Source: Sedimenticola sp.
GTDB lineage: Bacteria > Pseudomonadota > Gammaproteobacteria > Chromatiales > Chromatiaceae
DNA length: 64,000 bases
Direction: 5' to 3'
Assembly (NCBI GenBank): GCA_026989135.1
Contig: JALSJZ010000092.1
Span: 439 to 64,438, forward strand
This document shows positions 9,650 through 18,213 of the stretch, piece after piece. Each line of letters begins with the position of its first letter. Position 1 is the first letter of the stretch. The notes beneath the pieces were generated by a model. The model searched no databases. It was not told the origin of the DNA and saw nothing but the letters and a program-made list of their open reading frames with translations. Position numbers and translations under genes: made by a program.

Positions 9650-11329
9650 ATGAAAAAGGCTCCGTTCAGGAGCCTTTTTTGTGCCTTGGTTTTGTCTCTG
9701 CTGTGGCCGATGGCTGCGGCGGCGCAAAAGCCTCCTGCTGCCGCTATTGCCAGCGCCCATCCGCTGGCTACTCAGGCTGGGCATGAGATTTTGGCAGCGG
9801 GTGGCAATGCGTTTGATGCTGCGGTGACCGTCAGTGCCGTGCTGGCGGTGGTGGAACCCTATAGTTCAGGCATGGGTGGTGGTGGTTTTTGGTTGCTGCA
9901 CCGAGCCAAAGATGGTTTTGAAACCATGCTGGATGGCCGCGAGCGGGCACCATTGGCGGCGCATCGGGATCTATTCCTAAATAACCAGGGCGAGGTTATA
10001 CCCAATCTCTCTATCAATGGCGCACTGGCGGCCGGTATTCCGGGACAGCCTGCGGCGCTGATTCATCTGGCTGAAAAATATGGCCGACTCCCTTTAAAAC
10101 AGACCTTTGCAGCGGCCATTCGGCTGGCTCATGAGGGATTTCTGGTGGATGACCACTATCGACGTATGGCGCAGTGGCGACTGGATGCGTTACGCCAGTC
10201 ACCCTCTGCGGCGTCGCTGTTTCTGGTGGATGGGGATATCCCGCAGGTGGGGCATAATCTGCGCCAGCCTGAGTTGGCCAAAACATTGGAGCTGATGGTT
10301 GAGCAGGGGCGGGATGGTTTTTATACCGGCCGGGTGGCGCAGCAGTTGGTAGCAGGGGTGCGTGCCAATGGTGGCATCTGGACGCTTGATGATCTGGCAC
10401 AGTACCAGCCTGTTGAACGGGCCCCGGTGCGCGGTGAGTATCGTGGGATGACCATCACCAGCGCCGCACCGCCCTCATCGGGTGGCGTGGTGTTGTTGGC
10501 AATGCTGAATATGCTCTCCCATTTTGATCTGGATGGCTATCCTGAAGCAACACGCAAACACCTGCTGATTGAGGTGATGCGTCGGGCCTATCGTGATCGG
10601 GCTGAATATCTGGGCGACCCTGATTTTGTGGATATGCCGATTGAGCAGCTGATTCATCCGCTCTATGCAGCAGGGCTGGCCAGAGATATCAGGCTTGACC
10701 GTGCTACCCCGAGTAAAGCGCCACGTACAAAGCCCCTGATGAGTGAGGGGAGAGACACAACCCATTTCTCGATCCTGGACAGGGAGGGCAACCGGGTTGC
10801 TGCAACATTGAGTATCAACTACCCCTTTGGCTCGGGCTTTGTCCCGCCGGGTACCGGGGTTCTTCTTAACGATGAGATGGATGATTTTTCTGCCCGCCCC
10901 GGCGTGTCAAATGTCTATGGCCTGATTGGTGGAGAGGCCAATGCCATAGCGCCGGGTAAGCGTATGCTCTCAAGCATGACGCCGACCTTTGTTGAATCAG
11001 CAGAGGGTGTTGCTGTTTTGGGAACGCCGGGTGGCAGCCGAATCATAACCATGTTACTGCATGGCATATTGGCGCTTCAGGCGGGTGGTGGGCCTGATGC
11101 ATGGGTCGCTGTACCGCGCTTTCATCACCAGTATCTCCCCGATGAGGTGCAGTTTGAGTCAGGGGCTTTGACAGCAGATGAGATAACGGCGCTTACCCGC
11201 CTGGGCCATCAGCTTAAACCACTGAAGCGCAGCTACGGCAACATGCAGGGGGTTTACTGGAATAAGAACAAAGGGAGCGTCTCAGCAGCCAGCGACCCGC
11301 GTGGTGTAGGTCAAGCGCTTGTGCGCTAG
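9650..11329 (+). CDS. ggt: Gamma-glutamyltranspeptidase
   Basis: Start moved to ATG 9650, which gives the signal peptide MKKAPFRSLFCALVLSLLWPMAAAA. The tracked start at 9497 overlaps yfhL. Autoprocessing/catalytic Thr context GRDTTHFSILD, plus SSMTPT and GTPGGSRI motifs. Confidence 0.92.
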   Translation: MKKAPFRSLFCALVLSLLWPMAAAAQKPPAAAIASAHPLATQAGHEILAAGGNAFDAAVTVSAVLAVVEPYSSGMGGGGFWLLHRAKDGFETMLDGRERAPLAAHRDLFLNNQGEVIPNLSINGALAAGIPGQPAALIHLAEKYGRLPLKQTFAAAIRLAHEGFLVDDHYRRMAQWRLDALRQSPSAASLFLVDGDIPQVGHNLRQPELAKTLELMVEQGRDGFYTGRVAQQLVAGVRANGGIWTLDDLAQYQPVERAPVRGEYRGMTITSAAPPSSGGVVLLAMLNMLSHFDLDGYPEATRKHLLIEVMRRAYRDRAEYLGDPDFVDMPIEQLIHPLYAAGLARDIRLDRATPSKAPRTKPLMSEGRDTTHFSILDREGNRVAATLSINYPFGSGFVPPGTGVLLNDEMDDFSARPGVSNVYGLIGGEANAIAPGKRMLSSMTPTFVESAEGVAVLGTPGGSRIITMLLHGILALQAGGGPDAWVAVPRFHHQYLPDEVQFESGALTADEITALTRLGHQLKPLKRSYGNMQGVYWNKNKGSVSAASDPRGVGQALVR

Positions 11330-11337
11330 TTTTTTTT

Positions 11338-11522
11338 GGGTCTATGCCATATCGAGTGGTTATAATGAACAGACACAGAGACCACTGAGGTCACAGAGCA
11401 TGGAAGAGTGTAGTAAGGAGCTGTCAGAAACAGTGGTAGGTTGTGCCATTATAGCTCTGTGTTCTCAGTGGTCTCTGTGTCTGTGAAAAACAGCTGCACT
11501 CCCCACTCAATATGGCATACCC
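11338..11522. repeat. 185-bp long imperfect inverted repeat (MITE-like or giant hairpin) downstream of ggt
   Basis: Outer arms are gggtctatgccatatcgagtgg (11338-11359) and ccactcaatatggcataccc (11503-11522). A perfect 21-bp inner stem pairs acagacacagagaccactgag (11369-11389) with ctcagtggtctctgtgtctgt (11464-11484). T-runs flank both sides. Confidence 0.7.
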
Positions 11523-12132
11523 TCGTTTTTTCCTGATCAAAAAAGGCAGCGCAAAAAAGATATTGATATTGCTGGTGATCGGTCTGTTTTGGGGTGATGC
11601 CGAATTCAGTTCCTGAATTACAGGAATGCAGTTCGGTGATTTCTGTAATGCTGAGCACCTTTTGATGGGCATCTGTGTCAGCCAGCCCGTGGTGGGAAAT
11701 CAATAAACGCTGCGGTTAGCCTGATGCCGATGATAACCTTAAAACCCCATGTATTATATGGGATCAGGGCGGTTTACAGGCTGGCCAGTTATTCTGTTTT
11801 ACTGTCTGTGGCTATAAAATCAGCCGGGATATGCCTCGATGCTGGGAAATAAAGTACTGAAAAATATCCAGATTTTGACATGCTTGTTCCAGAGTCTGCT
11901 TCCTGGCAGGGTTAAAGCTGCCAGGGGTTGAGTCGCTAAACGTAATGGGATCTATAGACGTGCCGCAGTGGCGGTTTGTGCTTATTATTTAAGATTCTAA
12001 TGTTGAAGTTATTTCGTGGTCGTTCCTAAGGTACATATTGGGCGTGCTCTTTATCGGGGAAGATAGCTGAGCCATGTGGCCAGATCGAGTGGATGTGATA
12101 CTTTATTGGCAGACTGACAGCATGCGGGGCGG

Positions 12133-15100
12133 GTGGGGTTTTATATTATGATGGCAAAAACAGAAGGCAAAAGAGATAAAGAGCAGGCTGGCCTGACAAG
12201 ACCATCGGTGCTGACCACTGCGAGTCGAATGGCAGGTTACAACATGCATGCGGTGATGGTGCAGTCCCTGCTGTTGCTTATCTGTTTACTGCTGTTTCTC
12301 CCCAGCCCCTCCTCTGCGGCGCTGCCGACCTTTGAAACGCTCCCTCCTGTTACCGATCATCTGAAGCTGCCATCCGGGGTGGCGATTGGGGATGATGAGG
12401 CGATCCATGTCATAGAATCCAACCTGAACCAGATGCATCTGTTCAATAGATCCGGGGTGTATCAGCGCTCTCTCTATGGGCTTGATGCCCCGGTGGCGGT
12501 AGCGGTGGGTGTTGCAGGAGAGATATATATTGCTAATGTTGGAAAAGGCAATGTTGAGGTCTATGCGCCGGATTTTTCACCTGTCGGCAAGCTGGGGCAG
12601 GGTGATGGTGAATTTCAGAAGCCGGTCGGGATTGCCGTAGACAGTGCAGGCTTGATCTACGTAGTTGATGGGCGTGAGCACAGGGTCAAGATCTATAACG
12701 CTGATCGCAGTTTTAAATCATCTTTTGGCAGTATGGGAACCGGTAATGGCCAGTTTCAGACCCCTACCGCAATTGTTATCAATGAGGTTACCAGCGAGAT
12801 CCTGATCCCTGATCTGGTTGCGCTGAGCACTTCGGCCCGGGTGCAGGTGTTCGACCTTAATGGCGTGTTTCTGCGCAGCTTCATTACCACGGGCACCAAT
12901 GAGCAGGGTGAAACGGTTGCCTTTATCCGCCCCTATGGCATTGCAGTCGATACCCTTGACCGGATCTATGTCACGGATGGTTACCAAAATGTCGTAACCG
13001 TATACAACACGCATGGAAACTATCTGGGCAAACTCTATGACAGCAACCGCCTGCTGCGTAACCCGCAGGGCATTGCATTTGCACCCGGTACCAGTCGGCT
13101 GTTTGTGGCCTCCCTGAACTCAGGAACAGTAGAGACATACGGTATTGATAACGTCTATGGCAACATTGCGGCCTCACCCCCATCACACGATTTTGGCACG
13201 CTTGCCGTCAATGCTGTGCCGATAAGCCAGAGCTTTGAACTCTCTAACGATGGCAGTGGGAATCTTGCGGTGGGAGCGGTCACGTTAACGGGCGCTGATG
13301 CCTCCGAGTTCTCTATCATCGCTAACGATTGTGCAGAGAGAACCCTGGCACCGGCGGCGGGCTGCACGATAGATGTGCAGTTTCAGCCGCTCACGGCAGG
13401 CAGCAAAAGTGCATCGCTCTCTGTCGCCTCTGATGATCTCTATCTGCCAGAGATGGAGCTGGCACTGAGTGGCAGTGCCGATCCCCAGCAGTACCGATTG
13501 ACCATTTCTAAGAATGAAAGAACCGGAGCAACGGGCGTGGTGCAGGCTTCCGGGATAAATTGCGGCACAACCTGTAGTGCAGAGTATGCAGAAGGCACAG
13601 TGGTTACCCTCTCTGCGTTACCAGATGGCGAAGCTGTCTTTGTTGGCTGGTCTGGTGGAGGCTGTTCGGGTACGGCAGCATGTGCTGTCGCTATGAACCA
13701 GGCGGTTACGGTAACCGCAACCTTTGACTTTGTGGTGTCAGCCTTTGCAGATACCTACTCCATAACTGCCAGTGCTGGTGCTAATGGCAGCATCAGCCCA
13801 GCGGGCACGGCAACTTATGATGCAGGTGCCAGCATGGCCTTTGCGATTACAGCGGATGCCGGTTACAGCATATCAGACGTACTGGTTGATGGTGGTTCTG
13901 TGGGCGCAGTGGGCAGTTACAACTTTGAAAACATAGCTGCGGATCACACCATTGCCGCTGAATTTACGGCAATAAGCGACACCCTGTTGCTCTCTTCCAT
14001 CGAGATGGGCGAGGTGGGTGTGGGTGATCAGTGGCAGCGGGTTGAATTCAGCAAGAGCTTCGTCGACCCTGTGGTCGTGATCAAGCCGGCTAGTCTGAAT
14101 GACCCCTCGCCTGCTGTGGTTCGGGTACGCAATGTTGGTGCACAAGGCTTTGAGGTGCGCATTCAGGAGTGGGAATACCTAGAGATATTGCTGGACAACA
14201 GTCCCGCCCATGCGGAAGAGCAGGTTGGGTATGTGGTTATGGAGAGAGGAAGTTACATGCTGGAGGATGGCACACGGATCGAGGCCGGCTGGTTTGATAC
14301 GAATACAACCTCCAGTTTTGGAACCATTAGCTTTGCCCAGCCATTCACGGTTCCCCCTGTTGTGATCTCAAGTGTTGTCACCTATAACGACGAAGGCATG
14401 ATTGATGAGGCGGCAGTTATTGGTCGAATGGGCAATATAGATGCCACTGGCTTTGGTTATATGTTGCAGGAGCAAGGGGTAAACGGCCAGACGCATGTGA
14501 CCGAGCGCGCCTCCTTTATTGCCTGGGAGCCATCACAGGGTACACAGAGTGGCATCAGCTTTGAGGTCGGCAGGATCAATGACGTGTTGACGCAACAACC
14601 CAGGGTGCTCGAGTTCAGTGGCTACCAGAGTCCGCCGCTGTTGATTGCAGATCTGCAGACAACCCATGGCGGTACCGTCAACCTGCGCTGGAGCGACAAG
14701 AGCGCCACAGAGGTTAGCCTGCTGCTTGACCAGGAGGAATCCAACAGTGCTTTTAATGCCATACCCGATAAGGAATTTGTTCCTCCAACACCCTCTACAG
14801 AAGGAGTGGGCTACCTGATTTTGTGGTCAGCTGACCTGCTGCCACAGACCCTGACAGTAGAGAAAACCGGCCAGGGCAGTGGTCTGGTGCAGGCGCAGGG
14901 TATTGACTGTGGTGCAGGCTGTAGCAGCAGTTACAGCAAGGGAACCGAGGTGACACTGACCGCCGTAGCGGAGAGTGGCTCATACTTTGCGGGCTGGTCT
15001 GGTGGCGGGTGCAGTGGCACAGCAAGCTGTGTGGTCACCCTGGATCAGGCGGTTACAGTTACAGCACAGTTTGATGTGGCTCTGCCTGTCACCTACACCA

Positions 15101-17169
15101 TTACCGCCACGGCCGGGCCAAACGGCAGCATCACTCCACAGGGCGAGACGGTAGTGAATGAAGGGGCAACGCAGGGCTACAGCATTGCTGCGGATGCGGG
15201 CTACCACATTGTTGATGTTACGGTAGATGGTGTATCAAGGGGCGCTGTAGAGAGCTACCAGTTTGTCGAGCTGGACAGGAACCATGAAATATCCGCCACC
15301 TTTGCGGTCAATATGCATCTCTTGACGGTAGAAAGAACAGGTCTGGGCAGTGGTTCAGTGCAGACGCAGGATATCGATTGCGGTGCAGACTGTAGCCGCA
15401 GCTACAGCCATGGGGCCGAGGTGACACTGATTGCGGTAGCGGAGAGTGGCTCACTCTTTGCCGGCTGGTCTGGCGGGTGCAGTGGCACAACAAGCTGCGT
15501 GGTCACCCTGGATCAGGCGGTTACGGTTACGGCGCAGTTTGATGTGATTCCGCCTGTCACCTACACCATTACCGCCACGGCCGGGTCAAACGGCAGCATC
15601 ACCCCGCTGGGCGAGACGGTAGTGGAGGCAGGGGCAACGCAGACCTACAGTATTGTTGCGGATGCGGGCTATCACATTGCCAATGTCATCGTGGATGATG
15701 AGGCAAAAGGCATTATGGATAGCTTCCGGTTTAAGAATATTGCCGCCAGCCACTCCATATCGGTCACCTTCGCATCCAGCGTCTTTAAGTTGACCGATAT
15801 AGCCATGGGTGAGGTGAGTGTAGGCCATTCATGGAAGCCGGTAACGCTGGATCGCTTCTTTGCAGATCCCATAGTCGTTGCCAAGCCTGCCAGTCAGAAT
15901 GAGGTGGATCCTGCGGTTGTAAGAATCCGCAATGTAACCACGCGGGGCTTTGAACTCAAGATTCAGGAGTGGGAATACCTGGATGGCGAGCACGCGGATG
16001 AGCGGGTGAATTACATCGTTATGGAGCGCGGCAACCATGTCCTGAATGATGGGACACGGATTGAGGCCGGCCAGTTTGAAGCCAGCAATACAGATGCCTT
16101 TGAGAGCGTGCTGTTTGTCCGGCCCAAAGCCGTTCCGCCCGTGATTCTCTCGAGTGTGGTCAGCTATAACGAGGAGGATGCGGTAACCGGCCGCATCAAA
16201 GAGATCGACGAGGAGGGCTTTCAATATCTGCTCCAAGAGCAGGCAGACGGTGCCGCAGGTCATGCCACAGAGACGGTCTCCTATATTGCCTGGGAGGCCT
16301 CAATAGGCAGGCAGGATGGGATCAGCTTTGAGGTCAGCTGCAGGGGCGATGCTGAGGTTCAGCAGTTTCAGAATATTGGATTTATCAGTAGCTATGCCCC
16401 GTCGCTGCTGTTCGTTGCAGACCTGCAAACGGCAGAGGGCAGCCAGGCCGTCAATCTGCGCTGGAGAGGAAAGGATAAAGAGAGTATTGAGGTGCTGATT
16501 GATCAGGAGCGATCACAGCCCAGCGAGTCTACCTCAGCTTCGGTAGAAGAGATTGGCTATCTGGTACTCTCTGAGCAGGCAGACGCCTTCTGCACCAGTG
16601 AGCCGGGAAGTGACTGTGATCGAGATGGCCTGACAGATGAGGATGAGATCAATATATACGGCACAGATCCGTACCTGGCAAACACGGATGGCGATTTTTG
16701 GGATGATGGGCGTGAGGTGAACTACTGGATGGGGCGTTGGGATCATGATGATGACAATGATGGAGTAATCAACCTTTTGGATATTGATTCAAACGGTGAT
16801 GGTGATTTTGATGGCTCAGCGTTTGCTGGTAATAAATCAGTAAAGGCCAGGGGCTGTGGCGGCGCAGCCGCACTATCCAAAGGAGAAGGCAAAGGCGAAG
16901 CTAGCAATAGTCGGGCATTCAACAGGGAGCAGCGTACATTTGATAAACGCAGTGGCTTTGATGCGGCTGGCCGCACTTTTCAACAGCGTCCAGGTTTTGA
17001 CTCCCCGGCAAAAGATTTCGACCAGGATGGAACCAGCAGGGGGTTCAACAGGGAGCAGCGCACTTTTAAAAAGCCGCGTGGGTTTGCAGCACCCGAGCGC
17101 ACTTTTCAGCCGCGTTCAGAGTTCCGTGCCCCGGTAAGTGGTTTTGATCGCCAGATAGACTTTGACTAA
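12133..17169 (+). CDS. Giant secreted multidomain surface/adhesin-like protein (NHL beta-propeller, ASH/choice-of-anchor-D-like domain, B-repeat pairs, lectin-like modules, TSP3 Ca-binding repeats, basic repeat tail)
   Basis: 1678-aa ORF. Hydrophobic signal-like segment MHAVMVQSLLLLICLLLFLPSPSSAA. Six NHL-type blades (e.g. PVGIAVDSAGLIYVVDGREHRVKIYN, PYGIAVDTLDRIYVTDGYQNVVTVYN). Repeated CG..CS...G..V.L.A....F.GWSGG.CSG modules. D-rich TDPYLANTDGD/DDDNDG/DSNGDGD repeats. The true start is uncertain: GTG 12133, ATG 12229 or ATG 12244. Confidence 0.85.
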   Translation: MGFYIMMAKTEGKRDKEQAGLTRPSVLTTASRMAGYNMHAVMVQSLLLLICLLLFLPSPSSAALPTFETLPPVTDHLKLPSGVAIGDDEAIHVIESNLNQMHLFNRSGVYQRSLYGLDAPVAVAVGVAGEIYIANVGKGNVEVYAPDFSPVGKLGQGDGEFQKPVGIAVDSAGLIYVVDGREHRVKIYNADRSFKSSFGSMGTGNGQFQTPTAIVINEVTSEILIPDLVALSTSARVQVFDLNGVFLRSFITTGTNEQGETVAFIRPYGIAVDTLDRIYVTDGYQNVVTVYNTHGNYLGKLYDSNRLLRNPQGIAFAPGTSRLFVASLNSGTVETYGIDNVYGNIAASPPSHDFGTLAVNAVPISQSFELSNDGSGNLAVGAVTLTGADASEFSIIANDCAERTLAPAAGCTIDVQFQPLTAGSKSASLSVASDDLYLPEMELALSGSADPQQYRLTISKNERTGATGVVQASGINCGTTCSAEYAEGTVVTLSALPDGEAVFVGWSGGGCSGTAACAVAMNQAVTVTATFDFVVSAFADTYSITASAGANGSISPAGTATYDAGASMAFAITADAGYSISDVLVDGGSVGAVGSYNFENIAADHTIAAEFTAISDTLLLSSIEMGEVGVGDQWQRVEFSKSFVDPVVVIKPASLNDPSPAVVRVRNVGAQGFEVRIQEWEYLEILLDNSPAHAEEQVGYVVMERGSYMLEDGTRIEAGWFDTNTTSSFGTISFAQPFTVPPVVISSVVTYNDEGMIDEAAVIGRMGNIDATGFGYMLQEQGVNGQTHVTERASFIAWEPSQGTQSGISFEVGRINDVLTQQPRVLEFSGYQSPPLLIADLQTTHGGTVNLRWSDKSATEVSLLLDQEESNSAFNAIPDKEFVPPTPSTEGVGYLILWSADLLPQTLTVEKTGQGSGLVQAQGIDCGAGCSSSYSKGTEVTLTAVAESGSYFAGWSGGGCSGTASCVVTLDQAVTVTAQFDVALPVTYTITATAGPNGSITPQGETVVNEGATQGYSIAADAGYHIVDVTVDGVSRGAVESYQFVELDRNHEISATFAVNMHLLTVERTGLGSGSVQTQDIDCGADCSRSYSHGAEVTLIAVAESGSLFAGWSGGCSGTTSCVVTLDQAVTVTAQFDVIPPVTYTITATAGSNGSITPLGETVVEAGATQTYSIVADAGYHIANVIVDDEAKGIMDSFRFKNIAASHSISVTFASSVFKLTDIAMGEVSVGHSWKPVTLDRFFADPIVVAKPASQNEVDPAVVRIRNVTTRGFELKIQEWEYLDGEHADERVNYIVMERGNHVLNDGTRIEAGQFEASNTDAFESVLFVRPKAVPPVILSSVVSYNEEDAVTGRIKEIDEEGFQYLLQEQADGAAGHATETVSYIAWEASIGRQDGISFEVSCRGDAEVQQFQNIGFISSYAPSLLFVADLQTAEGSQAVNLRWRGKDKESIEVLIDQERSQPSESTSASVEEIGYLVLSEQADAFCTSEPGSDCDRDGLTDEDEINIYGTDPYLANTDGDFWDDGREVNYWMGRWDHDDDNDGVINLLDIDSNGDGDFDGSAFAGNKSVKARGCGGAAALSKGEGKGEASNSRAFNREQRTFDKRSGFDAAGRTFQQRPGFDSPAKDFDQDGTSRGFNREQRTFKKPRGFAAPERTFQPRSEFRAPVSGFDRQIDFD
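14851..15790 (+). repeat. Intragenic tandem duplication, two units with a period of about 468 bp
   Basis: Unit 1 spans about 14851-15317 and unit 2 about 15318-15790. They share identical runs, e.g. gtggtcaccctggatcaggcggttac (15031 and 15499) and gcctgtcacctacaccattaccgccacggccggg. A more divergent third unit lies at about 13496-13975. Confidence 0.85.
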
Positions 17170-17223
17170 GAGAATCCGCCCCGCAGGCGGCGCGCTGTCG
17201 CACAGCAAACAATTTCTACTTTC

Positions 17224-17476
17224 GGAAGTGGGACTTCAGTCCCGCAGGGCGTTGGTAACTCTAGCGGGACTAAAGTCCTACTTCCACGTTTCTATTCTCG
17301 GACAGCCTCCTAGGAGGCTGTCCGAGAATAGGAATCATGGTGAGGGGAAGCTGGTTTGAGTCAGGTTTTTTCATTATTTGAGGCGAATATTGGGCATATT
17401 TAACGAAAATAATGGAGAAATCTGGCCAAATCCAGCTTTTTCTCACTGTGGTTTCTATTCTCGGACAGCCTCCTAG
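17224..17476. repeat. Cluster of palindromic and direct repeats in the convergent spacer between the giant gene and moeB
   Basis: An inverted repeat pairs 17224-17245 with 17264-17285. A perfect 40-bp palindrome ctattctcggacagcctcct/aggaggctgtccgagaatag lies at 17292-17331. The 26-nt unit gtttctattctcggacagcctcctag is directly repeated at 17288-17313 and 17451-17476, and the second copy contains the moeB stop codon. Confidence 0.85.
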
Positions 17477-18213
17477 CCCCGGCAGACCGGGCAGTCGGGG
17501 TCGGCAGAGAGTTTCAGGCTGCGCCACTGCATCTGCAGGGCATCCAGAATCAGCAGTCTGCCCTTGAGCGGTGTGCCGGCTCCGGTCAGAACCTTTATCG
17601 CTTCGGCAGCCTGGATGCTGCCGATAATGCCGACAACCGGTGCCAATACGCCATTTTCAGAGCAGGTCTGCTCGACCTCAATGCTGTCACCGTATAGGCA
17701 CCGATAACAGGGGTCTCCGGGCGTGCCGGTAAAGACAGAGACCTGTCCCTCCATGCGTATAGCCGCGCCGGAGATGAGCGGGGTTTGCGTGGCTACGCTG
17801 GCCTCGTTCAGGGCAAAGCGGGTGGCAAAATTGTCGCTGGCATCAATGATAAGATCGGCCTTCGCCACCTGCTCAGTCAGTCTCTCCCCCTCCAGCTGCC
17901 GGTTGATGCAGTGTATCCGGCACTCCGGGTTGATACCTGCCAGGGTATTGCGTGCCGATTCCACCTTGGGTAGGCCGATGCTCTCGGTGGTGTGGATGAT
18001 CTGCCGTTGCAGATTGCTCAGATCGACCCGATCAAAATCCACCAGTACCAATTCGCCGACCCCAGCTGCGGCCAGATACATGGCCGCAGGTGAACCCAGA
18101 CCGCCCAGCCCTATGATTAAAACCCTGGATTGAAGCAGTTTTTGCTGTCCTTCAAAACCGATCTCCGGCAGCATGATCTGGCGGCTGTAGCGCAGTAGTT
18201 GTTGATCTTCCAT
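17473..18213 (-). CDS. moeB: Molybdopterin-synthase adenylyltransferase MoeB (HesA/MoeB/ThiF family)
   Basis: 246 aa. LRYSRQI, GLGGLGSPAAMYLAAAGVG, LQRQ, MoeB-like KVESAR and SGAAIRMEGQVSVF, and the CYRC/CPVC zinc pairs. It lies downstream of prmC, as in Pseudomonas. Confidence 0.8.
   Translation of the reverse strand: MEDQQLLRYSRQIMLPEIGFEGQQKLLQSRVLIIGLGGLGSPAAMYLAAAGVGELVLVDFDRVDLSNLQRQIIHTTESIGLPKVESARNTLAGINPECRIHCINRQLEGERLTEQVAKADLIIDASDNFATRFALNEASVATQTPLISGAAIRMEGQVSVFTGTPGDPCYRCLYGDSIEVEQTCSENGVLAPVVGIIGSIQAAEAIKVLTGAGTPLKGRLLILDALQMQWRSLKLSADPDCPVCRG

Noticed and set aside
11424-11703. Two overlapping minus-strand ORFs (82 and 84 aa) in the ggt-adhesin spacer
   Set aside because: They start or run inside the 185-bp inverted repeat and lack Shine-Dalgarno context. 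Their sequence is of low complexity, so I treat the region as non-coding.
17212-17476. Possible mini-CRISPR array (three copies of tttctaYtYtcggaMag...)
   Set aside because: Only three units, with irregular spacing (77 and 162 nt). Identity between the first two units is limited to about 17 nt. The units are themselves halves of palindromes, and no cas genes or leader are present. This behaves like REP-type palindromic repeats.
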